The notes under the pieces were generated by a model. It was given only the letters and a program-made list of their open reading frames with translations. It ran no database searches and was not told the DNA's origin. Below are positions 1 to 9,870 of a stretch of 64,000 nucleotides of DNA, in pieces. A program made the position numbers and the translations under genes. The DNA lies in contig NC_014364.1 of assembly GCF_000143985.1 (NCBI RefSeq), forward strand, positions 4,164,582 through 4,228,581, written 5' to 3'. Origin of the DNA: Sediminispirochaeta smaragdinae DSM 11293. GTDB taxonomy: Bacteria > Spirochaetota > Spirochaetia > DSM-16054 > Sediminispirochaetaceae. Position 1 is the first letter of the stretch, and each line of letters starts with the position of its first letter.

Positions 1-1065
1 CGAGGCCACCACCTTCCGATAGAGACCATACGGCGGATCTTGCTTCGGCTTATAGACCGTTATCGTTGCAAACGTCAGAAAAACTCCGACACCGGCCAAG
101 AAGGGCCGCAGCCAAGATTGCCTCCCCAGAGCCTTGGGAAAAAGTTCGGCGGCAAAGAAGCATGTAAGCGCGATCCCGCAGGGTGTGGCCGAAAGGAAAA
201 GACGATAGCCCAAATCCAAACTATCAAGTCGCCAAAAAGGAAAATAGAGCACTGGAATCCCAAGAAGAAGCAAGGAAAACGTTCTTTTTTTGATGACATA
301 CAAGAAAGCAAATAGGTATACCAGTAGGAAGAGAAGGCTCATCTCAAGGCAAACGGAAACGGGAAGGTGTTTTCTAAAAAAAGGAGATAAAAGCGGCAGC
401 CCCGGCAGGAGGGAGAAGCCGGCTCGAAATCTAAGGTAATCGCCTTTGAATAAAAGGGCCAGGATAGCCACTACTCCGGCAATGGAAAGCAGAAAAATTT
501 GCAGCCTTCGGGAGAGGCGGGAGCAGAGGAAAAGGAGGAAAAGGACAAACAGATAGACCGCCGTAACGGGATGGCTAAGGACGGCCCCTGCGGCACAGAG
601 AATCGTACCGGCTCCGGACAAAATCGCCGGAGTATCCAGAAAAGAGAGGATACATAAGCAAAAGAAGAGAAAAAAGACAAGCCCCAAAAGATTGTTCAGA
701 TAGTTCACCGCCATCAATGCCAGTGAAGGTGAGGCGGATGCAACGAGTGAGGCAAGGAGGGCGAAAGCCCTCTGATTGGAAAACAGCCTGTTGAGAAGTA
801 AAAAAAGAGCAACAGGAAGCAGCGCCGAACATAGGGCCGAGGCAATCTTTACACCGAGGATAGGAGAGCCGGAAAGAAGCCCCAAGAGGCCACTCACATA
901 ATAGAACGGAGCCAGGCTGAAATTCTCCAGATGCCCCCGCTCCATAAAGGAACGGGCCTCCATGGCATAAAAATAACCGTCGAGGCCGCACGGTTCCGAG
1001 CTTTTACTCAACATAATGAGACGCGAAGAGAAAAGGAGCAGAGACAACAGCAGCAGAATGATCAT
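1..1065 (-). CDS. Polytopic membrane protein, probable GT-C (ArnT/PMT-like) glycosyltransferase. Partial: the C-terminus runs off the window start.
   Basis: The minus-strand frame is open from the ATG at 1065 to position 1 with no stop, so it is missing from the track of complete ORFs. Hand translation gives MIILLLLSLLLFSSRL...GLDGYFYAMEARSFMERGHLEN... with many hydrophobic helices. The D/E-x-x-YF/Y...ER motif resembles the N-terminal loop of ArnT/PMT enzymes. Confidence 0.45.
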   Translation of the reverse strand, partial: MIILLLLSLLLFSSRLIMLSKSSEPCGLDGYFYAMEARSFMERGHLENFSLAPFYYVSGLLGLLSGSPILGVKIASALCSALLPVALFLLLNRLFSNQRAFALLASLVASASPSLALMAVNYLNNLLGLVFFLFFCLCILSFLDTPAILSGAGTILCAAGAVLSHPVTAVYLFVLFLLFLCSRLSRRLQIFLLSIAGVVAILALLFKGDYLRFRAGFSLLPGLPLLSPFFRKHLPVSVCLEMSLLFLLVYLFAFLYVIKKRTFSLLLLGIPVLYFPFWRLDSLDLGYRLFLSATPCGIALTCFFAAELFPKALGRQSWLRPFLAGVGVFLTFATITVYKPKQDPPYGLYRKVVAS

Positions 1066-1097
1066 ATCGATCGTCCGCTCACGGCGTTGGGGGAGGC

Positions 1098-1583
1098 TCA
1101 CATGCGTTCCTCAAGTCCAGAGAATCGAAAGGCGTACTTGGAGCTTTGCCTGTAAAACCCGAGCTTTCTGACCATGGCAGCGGCAGGATCATTGAAGGAC
1201 CAAATATGACACACTGCTTCCCGAGCCCTTCGCGTGCGTCCGAGCGCAAGTGCGGCCCGGACCAACTCCGATCCGACGGCCTCAGTCCTGGTATCCGGCA
1301 AAACGAAGATGGCGTGTAATTCCTGAATAGAGGCGTCCCGAAGAAGCGCGACGGCCGGGGTCTTACGGAATGTACCGGCGATAAAGCCGGAGAGTGCGCT
1401 CCCCGCATCGGCCACAAGAAGGAAGGATTCGGCATCTGCGGTATAGTGCAGATGTCTTGTAAGACGCTCATCATCACCGGGGATCCTGAAACGGGAAGGG
1501 TCTGATTCGACATGAAAGCGATCGAATTCGCCCCAAAGGTCCAGCACGGAAGCAAGATCCTCGGCCCTGTAGCTGCGTATCAC
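1098..1583 (-). CDS. GNAT family N-acetyltransferase
   Basis: 161 aa. MIRSYRAEDLASVLDLW start and an acetyl-CoA binding-like region (VLPDTRTEAVGSELVRAAL). Its start overlaps the stop of the upstream VanW gene by 4 nt. Confidence 0.75.
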   Translation of the reverse strand: MIRSYRAEDLASVLDLWGEFDRFHVESDPSRFRIPGDDERLTRHLHYTADAESFLLVADAGSALSGFIAGTFRKTPAVALLRDASIQELHAIFVLPDTRTEAVGSELVRAALALGRTRRAREAVCHIWSFNDPAAAMVRKLGFYRQSSKYAFRFSGLEERM

Positions 1584-2440
1584 TCGGCATCCCTCCGAAG
1601 GCTATCCAGAAGAGGAGCGTACATCATGAGGGCGTGGTTTTCCGCCACGTACTGGTCATCGATCTCTTGCCCGTCACGCAGCACCCTGCGCCTGAGAATA
1701 TTGTGGCGCAGGTACACCCCTGCGGCCTCCTGGCTTATCCAGTGCTTTTGCTCGTACACTTCGTAGCGAAGATCGATGGGGCAAGGTGCACTCCAGCTTC
1801 CGTGCAAGAATTCATCATCCAACCAGAGACGAAGGCGGTAGGCCACGGCATCGTCGTTACGGATCTGGAGATCACGATAGTTATATACGCAGGTGGCTCC
1901 CGATCCGAAGGGCTGGGTGCGGTTCGAATCGGGGAACACATCGTAGCTGTGGCGAAAACGCTCGATTACCGTTAGGGGAGTATGAATCGTCATCCAGTAT
2001 ATCAAATTGGAAAGCTGGCAGAGTCCTCCGCCGATATGGGCCATGGGATGTCCGTTGACCAGAACCATCCCTTTCCTGAATCCCCGCCGATGGGAGGGCG
2101 GACCGATGAGCCGCCAATAGGAGAAGACCTCTCCCGGCTCTATCACGACTCCGTCGAGACGACGAACGGCAAGGGAAAGGTTGTGCACCTTGTTTCGCTC
2201 AAGCTCTTTATCGCTTCCGCTCAGATGCCGAAACAGAGGCGTCTTATGTTCGGTACAGAGAAAGCCGAAATTTACGGTACCCTTTCTCCTTTTTCGGGGA
2301 GAGGAAACGAAGCGGCCTGCAAAGCGTATCCAAAGCACATAACGGAGAAACGTATACACAATCCTGCCGATGAAAATACGAAGAGGCGATCTGTGCTTGG
2401 CCGGAACATAATACCTATGCTTTCTTCTATTCAGCATCAA
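1580..2440 (-). CDS. VanW family protein
   Basis: 286 aa, with the characteristic VanW core (GGGLCQLSNLIYW...TCVYNYRDLQIRND). Confidence 0.75.
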   Translation of the reverse strand: MMLNRRKHRYYVPAKHRSPLRIFIGRIVYTFLRYVLWIRFAGRFVSSPRKRRKGTVNFGFLCTEHKTPLFRHLSGSDKELERNKVHNLSLAVRRLDGVVIEPGEVFSYWRLIGPPSHRRGFRKGMVLVNGHPMAHIGGGLCQLSNLIYWMTIHTPLTVIERFRHSYDVFPDSNRTQPFGSGATCVYNYRDLQIRNDDAVAYRLRLWLDDEFLHGSWSAPCPIDLRYEVYEQKHWISQEAAGVYLRHNILRRRVLRDGQEIDDQYVAENHALMMYAPLLDSLRRDAE

Positions 2441-2449
2441 GACACACTA

Positions 2450-3598
2450 TTACGGCCACTCATCAACAAATGTATACAGCATGATCCGATCAGGGTCCAC
2501 AACCCGATAATACTCTCCGTTTACGTACAACCCCACAGTTCCATCGAGCTTTATGGGAATCACCGTCCTTACCGTTACATAGTCGATTTGTTCGTCCTTG
2601 ATGATCCTGAAATTCGCAAGGGTATAGGAGGGAGGATAGCGGTCATAGGAAAACCTTTCATGAATAAAATAATCGTAATTATCCGGATCGTAGCCCTTTA
2701 CATCGCCTTTAAATGCAAGGAGCCGATCCTCGTCATCACAATCTCCGAAGTAGATATCATCTTCTTTTTCTTTACTTCGGAGATATGCATCCACTCGTTT
2801 CTGAGGCATGGGCTGCTCATAGGAAACCTTCGTCATTCTGCCTTGCCCATCGGACCCCATCAGATTTTTGATGATATAGCCGTAGCCGGAATCGTTAACG
2901 ATATAAAGGGTATCGTCACTGTTGCCGTCTTCGGACCGCTTATAGAGGGCCGCAAAATGCTCCTTGAAGTTTTCGCTGTCCTCCTGAAGCATCAGACGCG
3001 AATTCTCTTCCTGAACAGCCCGTATGGCCGCAATGTTCGTAAAAGGAATAGGTTTCCCTTTATACAAAAGGCGCATATCAGACAGACAGGTGTCGTCGTA
3101 TTTACTTCCTTTGTACACCTTCTCAATCTCAAGGGTGATGGTTTGGGCCGTCTGGGGAAGTCCAAACGAGACGGACTGCCATCCCTCCGTATCATCCTTT
3201 AGGGTATAGCTTTTCTGCTGAAAGTGCTCTCCGGCGACCTGGGTCAGCTTCAGTTCCGCGACCCGATTATTCTTGTGGTAATAGTCGTTACCGCTTGCAA
3301 AGCCATTGACGATCTGAATCTCGTCAAAGGAAACCGGCTGAGCGAATTCAACGGTAACAGCCTCCCCTATCCCCGGACCTCCGGCATCGGCTTCGCACCA
3401 GGTGGTGGAAAAATCCCCGTCGAGAATATTAATGGGGGGATAAAGGTATTTCCCCTGAAACTGGGCCTCCACCAACTCCGACGTCGCCGTCACCGATTGG
3501 ATCTCGGCGTGATCGGTCTGGGCCATAAACCAATGTTCCTGGGCACATAAGGAAAAGGGAAGTAAAAGAAAAAGCACAACACTTTTATAATATTTCAC
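2450..3598 (-). CDS. Secreted protein with N-terminal discoidin (F5/8 type C)-like domain
   Basis: Signal peptide MKYYKSVVLFLLLPFSLCAQE. ILDGDFSTTWCEADAGGPGIGEAVTVEF matches the DGxxxTxW discoidin signature. The C-terminal half is unknown. Confidence 0.55.
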   Translation of the reverse strand: MKYYKSVVLFLLLPFSLCAQEHWFMAQTDHAEIQSVTATSELVEAQFQGKYLYPPINILDGDFSTTWCEADAGGPGIGEAVTVEFAQPVSFDEIQIVNGFASGNDYYHKNNRVAELKLTQVAGEHFQQKSYTLKDDTEGWQSVSFGLPQTAQTITLEIEKVYKGSKYDDTCLSDMRLLYKGKPIPFTNIAAIRAVQEENSRLMLQEDSENFKEHFAALYKRSEDGNSDDTLYIVNDSGYGYIIKNLMGSDGQGRMTKVSYEQPMPQKRVDAYLRSKEKEDDIYFGDCDDEDRLLAFKGDVKGYDPDNYDYFIHERFSYDRYPPSYTLANFRIIKDEQIDYVTVRTVIPIKLDGTVGLYVNGEYYRVVDPDRIMLYTFVDEWP

Positions 3599-3710
3599 AC
3601 ATAGCTCCTTACCCCTTGATGCGTGTTTTACCTATTCATTCTATACACGTTTTCAAAGTAAGGACAATAGAGCATCCCCTCTGGGATGCTCTAAAAACAT
3701 GCCGACGCTT

Positions 3711-4796
3711 TTAGTTCCAAAGCAGTGATTGTTCCGTTTGAGCATCAAAAAACTGCCACGCATTGGGGTCCGGTCTGAAGAAGACCTTCTGGCCGGGACG
3801 TATGCCCGATCGGGGATCCGCGAGAAGAACAATCTCCTGTTCGCCACAGCGGCATTGAAGCAAATTATCCCGGCCGAGGGGTTCAACAAGGGAAACAACA
3901 GCAGAGGCCGCATCTTCGCTTTCCTCGGATAGGATCTCGATATCTTCAGGACGAATTCCGACCGTGAGGTCTGCAGGCATCGGTTGAGGCGTGCGCTTCC
4001 TGGAAATGCGAAGAAGGCTGCCGTCCGACATCTTCACACAGGACATATCGGCCTTATCGATCAGGCTACCCTGCCAGATATTCATCGGCGGATTCCCGAC
4101 GAATTGTCCGATGAAAAGGGTCCTCGGATGTTCATGCAGTTCCAGTGGCGGTCGATACGACTGAAGTACTCCATCTTTGATCACCGCAACCCTGTCTGCC
4201 ATGGTCATTGCCTCGACCTGATCGTGGGTCACATAGATGCAGGTGATACCAAGCTCCTTTTGAAGCCGCTTGATCTCGCTTCTCATGGTAATCCGTAATC
4301 TTGCATCCAGGTTGGAAAGCGGTTCGTCGAAAAGAAGCAGTTCAGGCTTTTTAATCAGTGCCCGTCCAAGGGCCACTCGCTGCTGCTGTCCCCCGGATAA
4401 TTCACCGGGCTTGCGGTGCAGAAGGTTTCCAATTCCAAGCATTTCCGCGACCTCCGCAGTCTCCTTTTCCATCTCCTGTTTCGACGCCTTTTTCAGTTTC
4501 ATGGAAAATGAGATATTCTCAAACACCGTCATATGGGGATAGAGGGCATAGCTTTGGAATACCATACCGATGTTTCGGTCCTTCGGCTGAAGGGTGGTGA
4601 CATCACGGTCGCCGAAAAAGATGTGTCCGCCATCGGGCTTGTAGATACCCGCGGTCATCAGCAGCGTGGTTGTCTTGCCGCAGCCGGAAGGGCCGAGAAA
4701 GGCGACGAACTCGCCACTTTCAATCTCCAGGCTGATTTTATCAACAGCCGTCGAGTTTCCGAATTTCTTTGTCAGTGTATCAAGTATTACCTTCAT
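3711..4796 (-). CDS. Carbohydrate/glycerophosphodiester ABC transporter ATP-binding protein (MalK/UgpC/MsmK family)
   Basis: Walker A GPSGCGKTT, signature LSGGQQQRVALGRAL, Walker B LLLFDEPLSNLD, and a C-terminal MalK-type regulatory (TOBE) domain. Confidence 0.9.
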   Translation of the reverse strand: MKVILDTLTKKFGNSTAVDKISLEIESGEFVAFLGPSGCGKTTTLLMTAGIYKPDGGHIFFGDRDVTTLQPKDRNIGMVFQSYALYPHMTVFENISFSMKLKKASKQEMEKETAEVAEMLGIGNLLHRKPGELSGGQQQRVALGRALIKKPELLLFDEPLSNLDARLRITMRSEIKRLQKELGITCIYVTHDQVEAMTMADRVAVIKDGVLQSYRPPLELHEHPRTLFIGQFVGNPPMNIWQGSLIDKADMSCVKMSDGSLLRISRKRTPQPMPADLTVGIRPEDIEILSEESEDAASAVVSLVEPLGRDNLLQCRCGEQEIVLLADPRSGIRPGQKVFFRPDPNAWQFFDAQTEQSLLWN

Positions 4797-4808
4797 CTGT
4801 TTCCTCGC

Positions 4809-5693
4809 TTATACGCCACCGTGAGATCCGCCGGAGAAGATCTTCATCAGATATCGTTGGTTGAATGTGTAAAAAATCAGTATGGGAATGAGCTGAAACA
4901 AGCCGACGGCGGCCAGCACCCCGTACTGAATGGAAAGAGAATCACTGTGCATCATTGAATTCAGGTAGGTGGAAATAACCGCTTTCGAACCGCTTGTAAG
5001 AAAGGTATAGGGAATAAGAAACGAACTCCATCCCGTCATAAAAGAGAAGATCGAGAGTGCCGCAATTCCCGGACGAATCTGAGGTACCATGATGTTCCAG
5101 AAGGTCCTAAAACGGGAACAGCCGTCGATCAGGGCTGCCCGTTCGATATCCCAGGAAACGGCATCGAAAAAGCCTTTCATCAGCCACATACCAAGGGGAA
5201 GTTGCAGGGCAAGACTGACCAGGATAACCCCTCCCATGGTGTTGTAGCCCATAAAATTGCCGAGAACCGGAAGATGCGAGAAAAAGCGGAGTACAAAATA
5301 GATGGCGATCAGGAGGGTGATACTTGGGAATGCATGAAGCACCAAGGTCAGCGACAGAAAGGACTTGCGTCCCGGAAATTTGATGCGGGAAAGCGCGTAT
5401 CCCGCCGAAGCGGAAACGACCAAAACTCCGATGGTCATCAAAAGAGCAAGAATAAAGGTATTGAAGGTCACGATCCAGATATCGGGATTGTGGAGAAACT
5501 GCCAGTTTTTCAGGGTAAGTCCTCCGAAATTTCCATTAATGTCTACCGGTTTCAAGCCATACGTCCTCTCCGAGAAGGTCGAGATAAACAACCAAAGGTA
5601 TCCGACGATAATCGGGAGAGAAAGGACCAGCAGTATCAGAAAGGCCAGGGGCGTAAAATAGTCTCGATGTTTTTTCATGGTACGCTTCCTCAT
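4809..5693 (-). CDS. ABC transporter permease (MalG/UgpE-like)
   Basis: 294 aa, six predicted TM helices, BPD-transporter EAA-like loop (WDIERAALIDGCSRFRTFWNIMVP). Confidence 0.85.
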   Translation of the reverse strand: MRKRTMKKHRDYFTPLAFLILLVLSLPIIVGYLWLFISTFSERTYGLKPVDINGNFGGLTLKNWQFLHNPDIWIVTFNTFILALLMTIGVLVVSASAGYALSRIKFPGRKSFLSLTLVLHAFPSITLLIAIYFVLRFFSHLPVLGNFMGYNTMGGVILVSLALQLPLGMWLMKGFFDAVSWDIERAALIDGCSRFRTFWNIMVPQIRPGIAALSIFSFMTGWSSFLIPYTFLTSGSKAVISTYLNSMMHSDSLSIQYGVLAAVGLFQLIPILIFYTFNQRYLMKIFSGGSHGGV

Positions 5694-6604
5694 AATTCAT
5701 CAATCAACGGCTCTTTTACCAGATCGTTGAACTTGAAATACTTCAGATAGATAATGGCGAAAATAACCCCGACGAAGACGAGAATCGCCGAGAGAGCGGC
5801 CCCAAAGCCGTACTGGAAATTTCCATAGTAATTATTCAGGGCCTTGTGATAGGACCAAAGGGCCCACACCTCTGTTCCGAAATTACCATCTGTCAGGATA
5901 AGGATGCTTTCGAAAGAGGTAAGAAGAGAGAGGGTTTGGTAGGTGGTCACAAACAACAAGGGCCATTTAAGTTGGGGAAGAATGATATATCGTGCCCGGT
6001 TAAAAAAAGAGGCGCCATCTACGAGGGAGGAAACCATGATATCGTTCGGTATGGCTTCTATTGCGGAAGAGAAGAGAATCATTCCGAACGATGCCCCGAT
6101 ATAGCCGTTCACCAAAACCGCAAAAAGCATGGCATATTCCGGAAGCCAGTTACTGGTGGAAAGGCCAAAGGGTATCCGAAACAGCTGGTTGATAACGCCG
6201 TAGGGAGCATCTGCCGCAAGCATCGTCCACATGAGAACATACACCACCGGCGGCGTGATCCTCGGAAGCAGCCATAATGAACGAAAAATCTCGCCGAGTC
6301 GTTTCGGCATGTGATGGGCGAGAATAGCGACCAAAAGCCCCATACCGACATTAAAAAAGCTCAGGGTGCAGGCAACATAGATCAGCGTGGTGGCAAAATT
6401 TGACCCCGAGTCGGGATGCTTCAGAATTTTTATATAATTGGCAAAACCTGTCCATGACCAGTTTGAAAATCCCGTTACCGAGCTCATGTTCGTCAGGGAA
6501 ATACCTAAGGTAAGTATTACAGGAATAAAAAAATAGAGCACGACCAACACCGCTGCGGGAAGTATGAACCAGTAACCGGTCAAAGACCGTTTGTGTTTTC
6601 TCAT
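5690..6604 (-). CDS. ABC transporter permease (MalF/UgpA-like)
   Basis: 304 aa polytopic permease translationally coupled to the downstream permease (4-nt overlap); AIEAIPNDIMVSSLVDGASFFNRARYIILP motif. Confidence 0.85.
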   Translation of the reverse strand: MRKHKRSLTGYWFILPAAVLVVLYFFIPVILTLGISLTNMSSVTGFSNWSWTGFANYIKILKHPDSGSNFATTLIYVACTLSFFNVGMGLLVAILAHHMPKRLGEIFRSLWLLPRITPPVVYVLMWTMLAADAPYGVINQLFRIPFGLSTSNWLPEYAMLFAVLVNGYIGASFGMILFSSAIEAIPNDIMVSSLVDGASFFNRARYIILPQLKWPLLFVTTYQTLSLLTSFESILILTDGNFGTEVWALWSYHKALNNYYGNFQYGFGAALSAILVFVGVIFAIIYLKYFKFNDLVKEPLIDEL

Positions 6605-6674
6605 GCATTACACTCCTTGATGAAAAACAAAAAGATCGGTCCGGAAACTCTTTCCCGGACCGACGGAACCTGTC

Positions 6675-8066
6675 TCATTTCACAATCAGCTGATCATCAA
6701 GTTCAAGTTTCATGACCTTAACGGCATCCTCGGCAGCCTCTTCGGGGCTTTTCTCCCCTTGCTCCGCTGCAACCATATTATCCCAGAGACTATCGAACCA
6801 GGTACCATAGAGAACATGGTTGGGCTGGTAGAAATTGTTGTCGAGCAGATAGGTAACATCCGCAAGAAATTTGTTTGATGTATAGGCATCATAGTGTGCT
6901 TGGGATTGAAGGATGCCGAGGTGTCCGCTTTCCACCGCATGTCGGGTATTTCGTTCTGTTGTCGTCATGAGAGCAATCAGCCGTTCGGCAAGTTCCTGGT
7001 CTGTAGATCCCGAGGCTCTTTCACTGGATATCAGATAGACAAGCGGATGACTCAGCGTGCTTCCCTTCCGACCTCGTATTCCGCTTGGTTCATAGGCATA
7101 TCCGATATTCGCAAACAGGGCATCTTCACCACCTTCGGCATAGTTCTTCGCCCAGTCGGCCCACATCCATGTGCCGCCGTTAAAGAAAAGCGCCTTGTTA
7201 TTGGAAACGACATCGTGCCAAATGTTCCACTCCGTTCCGATATAGGTGGCAGGGGTGATTCCCGTCTCTACACAGGAGCGTTGAAATGCATAAAATCTAA
7301 CCAAGGCATCCCTTGTTACGACCAGCTTATCCTCCTGTGCGTCGTAGATCTCTCCGCCGAAGGCGCGATAAAATTGTACGAAATCACCGCCTTTTTTGGG
7401 TCGGTGCCAATACCCGTACCCAGGTTCCACGACCCCCATCTCCACTGCTTTTTGGGCTGTCGAGACTATATCCTGCAAGGTAAATTTTCCTTCTTCGATA
7501 TCCTTTGGAAGTTGGGCGATTTGTGCGTCCGTAAAACCCACCTTTTTGAGCAAAGTTTTATTGAAATACATGGGTCGGGCCTCGGTGTCCTGCGGAACAC
7601 CCCAGATATTGCCATGCCAGGATGCACAGTTCCAAAGCGAAGGAATAACATCTGCAAATTGTTCCGCCTCACCCTGAATCTCCTCCACGGAAGAGGCCAG
7701 AGGAACAATGTATCCCGCCTGTCCCCACGTTGCGATATCTTCATGTCCCGACACAACGATCAGCGGAGCCTCCCCGGAGTCTGCGGCAAGGGAGTATTTT
7801 TTCTTATAGCCGCCCCAATCCCCTTCATCCAGTACCGGCACCGCTTCCACGGTAATCTGGCTTCCTTCGGCTTTGAGCTGGGCATTGAGCTCCTTAGCGG
7901 CCTCAACTGCAAGGTCGGCCCGCCAATGGTTGATACCACCCTCTCTTGTCCAGACCTCAATGCTAACGGTACGAGGCCCGGATGAAGCCTCCTGGCCTCC
8001 GTTCGCATACAGTGTGGTTGCCGCCAGGCACAAAATCAGCATCACCGCAAAACAGTTCTTTTTCAT
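6675..8066 (-). CDS. ABC transporter substrate-binding lipoprotein (solute-binding family 1)
   Basis: 463 aa with lipoprotein-like signal (MKKNCFAVMLILCLAATTLYANGG). First gene of the SBP-permease-permease-ATPase operon. Confidence 0.8.
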   Translation of the reverse strand: MKKNCFAVMLILCLAATTLYANGGQEASSGPRTVSIEVWTREGGINHWRADLAVEAAKELNAQLKAEGSQITVEAVPVLDEGDWGGYKKKYSLAADSGEAPLIVVSGHEDIATWGQAGYIVPLASSVEEIQGEAEQFADVIPSLWNCASWHGNIWGVPQDTEARPMYFNKTLLKKVGFTDAQIAQLPKDIEEGKFTLQDIVSTAQKAVEMGVVEPGYGYWHRPKKGGDFVQFYRAFGGEIYDAQEDKLVVTRDALVRFYAFQRSCVETGITPATYIGTEWNIWHDVVSNNKALFFNGGTWMWADWAKNYAEGGEDALFANIGYAYEPSGIRGRKGSTLSHPLVYLISSERASGSTDQELAERLIALMTTTERNTRHAVESGHLGILQSQAHYDAYTSNKFLADVTYLLDNNFYQPNHVLYGTWFDSLWDNMVAAEQGEKSPEEAAEDAVKVMKLELDDQLIVK

Positions 8067-8172
8067 GAGTCCCTCCTCATCTTGATTTGCAAATATTTAG
8101 AAAACGCTTGCGTAATTATTGCAACAGGTTTACACTGCTGTCAAGTTTTTTTTGTGATAGGATGTACACAGG

Positions 8173-9159
8173 ATGACGCTGAAAGAATTGTCGGAACAAC
8201 TGAACGTATCCCCTTCAACGATATCGCGTGTATTAAACGACAAACCGGGAATCAGCAGTAAAACCAGAGAGAAGGTCTTGGAGGCGGTAAAACAAACCGG
8301 CTTTTCCCTAAATTACGCCGCGCGTAACCTTGCAACTTCGGAACCACGATTTATCGGAATCATCGGAAGAAAACGAGGTGGTCAACAAGACAGCATTTTT
8401 TTTCATCACTCTATGGCACAGTTTGAGGAATACTTTGAACATAGTGAGTATCAATGTGTCAATCTATCGGTGTACAAAGAAGAGGTGGACTTTACCGGGA
8501 CCCCGCTCTCGGTATCGGATTTTGCAGGATTTATCGTTCGGGGACAGAGCTTTCCCGTCAGGACGATTCTCACGCTTAAACAGACCGGTGTTCCCATCAT
8601 CCTCTTGGAAAACAAGCTTTCAGAAACAAACCTCGACCATGTTGTCTGCGAAGACAGGCAGATAGCCTTCGACCTGACAAAACACCTGATCGATAGAGGC
8701 TACAAAAAAATCGTACATATAACGGGGCCTGAGAGCTGGTACAACAATAGAGAACGTATAGCAGGCTATATCGATGCGCTTACCCAGGCGGGCCTGAAGT
8801 CTGAAATTCTGTCGATGGAAGACACCACAGTCGACACCGGGTCGGAGGCTTTCGAGCGATTACAACCGAATAAACTCGAACATCTCGGTATCATGATGGT
8901 CAATGACGCCATGGCAATCGGTTTCCTCGATACCGCCCGAAAAAGAGGCTTTCTTGTCCCCTCGGACATCGGGGTAACTGGATTCGATGATATCCCCTGG
9001 GCCCGGCTTGCCTACCCGCCGCTGACAACGGCCCGAGTTTTTATCGAGCAGATGGGAAAACTTGCCGCAGGGCGATTGATGCAAATGATCGAAGATCCCG
9101 ACAGCAGGCCCATTGCAATACGAGTTCCCGGAGAGATCATTATTCGGGAAAGCACCTAA
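8173..9159 (+). CDS. LacI family transcriptional regulator
   Basis: N-terminal HTH (MTLKELSEQLNVSPSTISRVLNDKPGISSKTREKVLEAVKQTGF) plus a periplasmic-binding-protein-like effector domain. Divergent from the ABC operon. Confidence 0.9.
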   Translation: MTLKELSEQLNVSPSTISRVLNDKPGISSKTREKVLEAVKQTGFSLNYAARNLATSEPRFIGIIGRKRGGQQDSIFFHHSMAQFEEYFEHSEYQCVNLSVYKEEVDFTGTPLSVSDFAGFIVRGQSFPVRTILTLKQTGVPIILLENKLSETNLDHVVCEDRQIAFDLTKHLIDRGYKKIVHITGPESWYNNRERIAGYIDALTQAGLKSEILSMEDTTVDTGSEAFERLQPNKLEHLGIMMVNDAMAIGFLDTARKRGFLVPSDIGVTGFDDIPWARLAYPPLTTARVFIEQMGKLAAGRLMQMIEDPDSRPIAIRVPGEIIIREST

Positions 9160-9180
9160 CGTTTCTTACAGAGGTTCAAC

Positions 9181-9858
9181 ATGAAAATAATCGGCCACCG
9201 CGGGGTCCCCGCACAAAAACCGGAAAACACCCTGGCATCATACCAGAGAGCCGTCGAGCTTGGTGTCAAGATGATAGAACTTGATGTCTATGTCTGCAGA
9301 ACCGGCGAACTTGTCATCATGCACGACGATAGAATAGACAGGACGACAAACGGAAGCGGACTAGTGTACGAAAAGACATTGAAAGAGCTTAAGGGCTTTG
9401 ATGCAGGAGAAGGCGAGCAGATTCCAACCCTTCAGGAGGCTTTGGACCTTTTGGCCGGAAAAACGGATGTCAATATCGAACTTAAAGGAAGAGGGACAGG
9501 AGAAGCTCTTCATGCATTTCTTTCCCGCTACCTGCCGGAGCGTTCATGGGAACCTGAATCTCTTCTGGTCTCTTCTTTCAATCTTCCGATGCTGCATGAG
9601 TTCGCGTGTTTAGAGCCTGATATTCCCATAGGCGCACTCCACGGAGGAATACCCATCAACTACAGCGACTTTGTAAAGCCGATGCACCCCTATTCTCTGC
9701 ACTATAATCTTGAATTTATCGATCAGAAGATGGTCGACCATGCTCATCGGCAGGGCTACCAGGTCTATATCTACACGGTGAATCATCAAGACGACTATTT
9801 GCGTATGAAACAAATGGGAGTGGATGGGGTCTTCACAAACGACCCCACCGCCCTGTAG
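9181..9858 (+). CDS. Glycerophosphodiester phosphodiesterase (GDPD/UgpQ-like), cytoplasmic
   Basis: Canonical HRG start motif (MKIIGHRGVPAQKPENTLASY) and ELDVYVCRTGELVIMHDD catalytic segment. Confidence 0.85.
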   Translation: MKIIGHRGVPAQKPENTLASYQRAVELGVKMIELDVYVCRTGELVIMHDDRIDRTTNGSGLVYEKTLKELKGFDAGEGEQIPTLQEALDLLAGKTDVNIELKGRGTGEALHAFLSRYLPERSWEPESLLVSSFNLPMLHEFACLEPDIPIGALHGGIPINYSDFVKPMHPYSLHYNLEFIDQKMVDHAHRQGYQVYIYTVNHQDDYLRMKQMGVDGVFTNDPTAL

Positions 9859-9870
9859 GAGCTTCGCCCA

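Noticed and set aside
1982-3202. A 406-aa ORF on the plus strand, plus similar long antisense ORFs at 6894-7985, 24811-25593, 47610-48332, 50002-50628 and 57142-58116.
   Set aside because: Each lies antisense to a gene with clear family motifs on the other strand (VanW/discoidin, substrate-binding protein, MtnA-like, FecR, DUF2156, histidine kinase). None shows domain signatures or a ribosome-binding site. These are typical shadow ORFs of moderately GC-rich DNA.
8067-8172. LacI-type operator in the divergent SBP/LacI intergenic region.
   Set aside because: Only a single half-site-like GGTTTACA was found and no convincing 14-20 bp palindrome with a CG centre, so no operator feature was called.
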